A stretch of 64,000 nt of DNA from Acidobacteriota bacterium (GTDB lineage: Bacteria; Acidobacteriota; Thermoanaerobaculia; UBA5066; Gp7-AA6), in contig JBLMXY010000224.1 of the NCBI GenBank assembly GCA_050257975.1, forward strand, positions 17,087 to 81,086, written 5' to 3'. The translations under genes were made by a program, and so were the position numbers. The notes under the pieces were generated by a model that made no database searches, was not told the origin of the DNA, and saw only the letters and a program-made list of their open reading frames with translations. Positions 62,149 through 64,000 of this stretch are shown piece after piece (within the stretch, counting starts at the first letter, position 1; each line of letters begins with the position of its first letter).

Positions 62149-63639
62149 CTACGCCCTGCCCGCGGCGCGGTCCATCTCCAGCCAGAGGGCCGAACTTGCG
62201 GCCCGCAGCCGATGCCGCGTGCGGTTCCAGGACCGGGCCTCGTCCGATCCGCGGCTTTCCGACGCCATCTGCTCGAGCGCGCTCTCGAGGGACTCGCAGC
62301 GGGCCAGTGTCGCGCGCGCGGCGCGCGCCAGGTCGGAGCTTCCGATTCCGGCTTCCGCGCGACGCAACGCTTCGGCCTGCTCCTCGGCTCGCACGCGCAG
62401 CGCCGCCGCGCGCAGCAGCGCCCGGTCGGCCTCCGTCGGCGGCTCGCGGGCCTCGAGCGTGCGCCGCGCCGCGTCGAGCTCCCAGCCCTCGAGCTTCAAC
62501 GAGGCGAGGCCGGCGACGGAGTGCGCCGCGCCCGTGGCTCCCGACGCCCGCCCGACCGGCCCCAGGATCCGGTCGAGGCACGGCCTCCAGAAGCCCTCGT
62601 CCTCCGCGTTTGCGTCCACCTCCTCGACCAGCTCGAGCGCTTCGTCGATGTCCTCGGCCTCCAGACCCGAGATTTCGAACTTCTCGAGGACGTCTCCGAT
62701 GGCGAGCTTCAACTCCATGATGTGCTGCGCGCGCAGGTTCCTCTCGGAGGCGAGCTGGTCGAAGCGCACCCGCGACTCGCGAAACCTCCGGAACTCCTGA
62801 GGCGGCGCCGCTTCGTCTCCCCCCCGCGTGAGCTCCCGCTCGAGATCGACGATGCGGCCCGTGGCTTCGTCCAGGCGTCGCTCTTCCCTTTCGTAGAGCC
62901 GGTGGAAGACGGACCGGGTCGTCAGGTTGCACCAGGCGACCGCCGTGAGGATGTCCGGGTCGGCCAGTCCCGTCGCGACGCGCCGCTTCATGGTCCGGGC
63001 GTTCTTCAGCAGGCGCTCGGTCAGCAGCTGTTCGAACTCGCGCGCCTGCGTGACGTCGGAAGCCAGCTCGTCGAAGGCCCGGACGATCGCCGGCGTCATG
63101 CCCGATTCGATCCGGGGCCAGACCGAGGAGGCCGTCACAGACTCGAAGAGCTGCCGGATCGCGCTGCGGGGCCGCGAGGCGGTGGCATCCGGCTCGGGCC
63201 GGCCCGTCGCGGCGACGGTCGCGAGGAAATCCACCTTGTCGATCACATCCTCGTCCACGTCCGGCTGCGAGAAGTAGTACCGCAGCAGGTAGAAGGCGAT
63301 CTTCTCGTCCTGCGGCCGGACCCGGTCGAAGAAGCGGCGGACGAGGGAGGGAGAGATGTTCCGGTCGGTCTCGCGCAGTTGAGCCGCCAGCGCGTCGAGG
63401 CGCGCCGAAGCATCCTGGATCCGGCGCGCCAGCGATTCCGGCGCCCCGAGGGAGAGATCCGAGCCCACGGCCTTGACCTCCTCGTAGAGGCCGTTGAAGT
63501 CCGTCCCGTATTCGGGCGCCTGGGAGGAGAACGTCTTGCAGATGCCGCGCAGGAACTGGTGGAAGGTCCAGAGGGCCTTGAACCGCTCCGTCAGCCGGAT
63601 ATAGTCTTCGTGAACGAGCTGCAACTTCTCGACGGACAT
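62149..63639 (-). CDS. Hypothetical alpha-helical protein (496 aa). No recognisable family.
   Basis: ATG-initiated ORF with normal amino acid composition (unlike the Arg/Gly-rich spurious ORFs). Begins [32 protein letters not shown].... Confidence 0.45.
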   Translation of the reverse strand: MSVEKLQLVHEDYIRLTERFKALWTFHQFLRGICKTFSSQAPEYGTDFNGLYEEVKAVGSDLSLGAPESLARRIQDASARLDALAAQLRETDRNISPSLVRRFFDRVRPQDEKIAFYLLRYYFSQPDVDEDVIDKVDFLATVAATGRPEPDATASRPRSAIRQLFESVTASSVWPRIESGMTPAIVRAFDELASDVTQAREFEQLLTERLLKNARTMKRRVATGLADPDILTAVAWCNLTTRSVFHRLYEREERRLDEATGRIVDLERELTRGGDEAAPPQEFRRFRESRVRFDQLASERNLRAQHIMELKLAIGDVLEKFEISGLEAEDIDEALELVEEVDANAEDEGFWRPCLDRILGPVGRASGATGAAHSVAGLASLKLEGWELDAARRTLEAREPPTEADRALLRAAALRVRAEEQAEALRRAEAGIGSSDLARAARATLARCESLESALEQMASESRGSDEARSWNRTRHRLRAASSALWLEMDRAAGRA

Positions 63640-63701
63640 CGCAGGTTATCCGGTTTTGCGCCATTGTAGCCCGTCGCGACAGGTTCCGGGCCGGGTAGGT
63701 G

Positions 63702-64000
63702 AATGCGCCTAGGGAGAACTCTCATCGATGCCGCGGCCCTGCAGGAAGGCGTGGCGCGCCTGGCGGCCCAGATCGACCGGGATCAGGACGGCCGGCCGCT
63801 GCTGCTGGTCGGGATCCTGAAGGGCTCGATCTTCTTTCTCTGCGACCTCGCCAAGAAGTTGAAGACCCCGGTCGCCGTCGACTTCCTCCAGGTCTCCTCC
63901 TACGGCAAGGGGACGAAATCCTCGGGAAACGTCCGCGTCCAGCGCGACCTCGCAACGGACGTGGCCGGGCGCGAGATCCTGATCGTCGAGGACATCGTGG
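63702..64000 (+). CDS. hpt: Hypoxanthine-guanine phosphoribosyltransferase, 5' partial (runs off the window end).
   Basis: My own translation (absent from the ORF track because there is no stop): MRLGRTLIDAAALQEGVARLAAQIDRDQDGRPLLLVGILKGSIFFLCDLAKKLKTPVAVDFLQVSSYGKGTKSSGNVRVQRDLATDVAGREILIVEDIV... (PRPP-binding EDIVD motif). ATG preceded by an in-frame TGA and GGTAGGTG. Confidence 0.8.

Noticed and set aside
63722-63955. 77-aa minus ORF at the window end
   Set aside because: It is antisense to the clearly recognisable hpt coding sequence on the plus strand.

Overview
This is a ~70% GC window from a Gram-negative (diderm) bacterium. Tol-Pal, BamA/Skp, lipid A, LptE, Lnt and Lol genes are all present, and the PEGA-domain kinase and overall composition suggest an Acidobacteria-like lineage. 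Coding density is very high (~60 genes). Many adjacent genes are translationally coupled through 4-nt (GTGA/TTGA/ATGA) or 1-nt start/stop overlaps, often with GTG or TTG start codons.

Most of the window is core envelope and housekeeping loci:
- tolQ-tolR-tolA-tolB-pal-cpoB
- bamA-skp-lpxD-fabZ-lpxA
- leuS-lptE
- lolCDE-like genes and lysS
- clpC and nusB-ribH
- prfB, whose programmed +1 frameshift site is visible in the sequence
- lnt and lipA

Embedded among these are less ordinary modules:
- a three-gene candidate ceramide/sphingolipid module (CerR-like epimerase, serine palmitoyltransferase, bCerS-like GNAT acyltransferase) next to a PAP2 phosphatase and an NfeD/SPFH pair
- a Gfo/Idh/MocA oxidoreductase (GnnA-like) in the lpxB position, translationally coupled to an MTA phosphorylase and a PfkB kinase
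- a SpoIVB-type S55 peptidase coupled to a secreted beta-propeller protein
- a small cluster of hypothetical genes: a Zn-ribbon membrane protein, an NYN+OST-HTH predicted RNase coupled to a PaaI thioesterase, and a divergent pair of small Zn-ribbon and secreted proteins
- two conspicuous non-coding elements: an AT-rich nested palindrome immediately upstream of tolA, and a ~140-nt inverted array of tandem heptads spanning the lptE start

The very long ORFs in the six-frame track (over 1000 aa) are frame run-ons typical of GC-rich DNA, not genes. Coordinates for internal start codons are my own estimates and may be off by a few nt.
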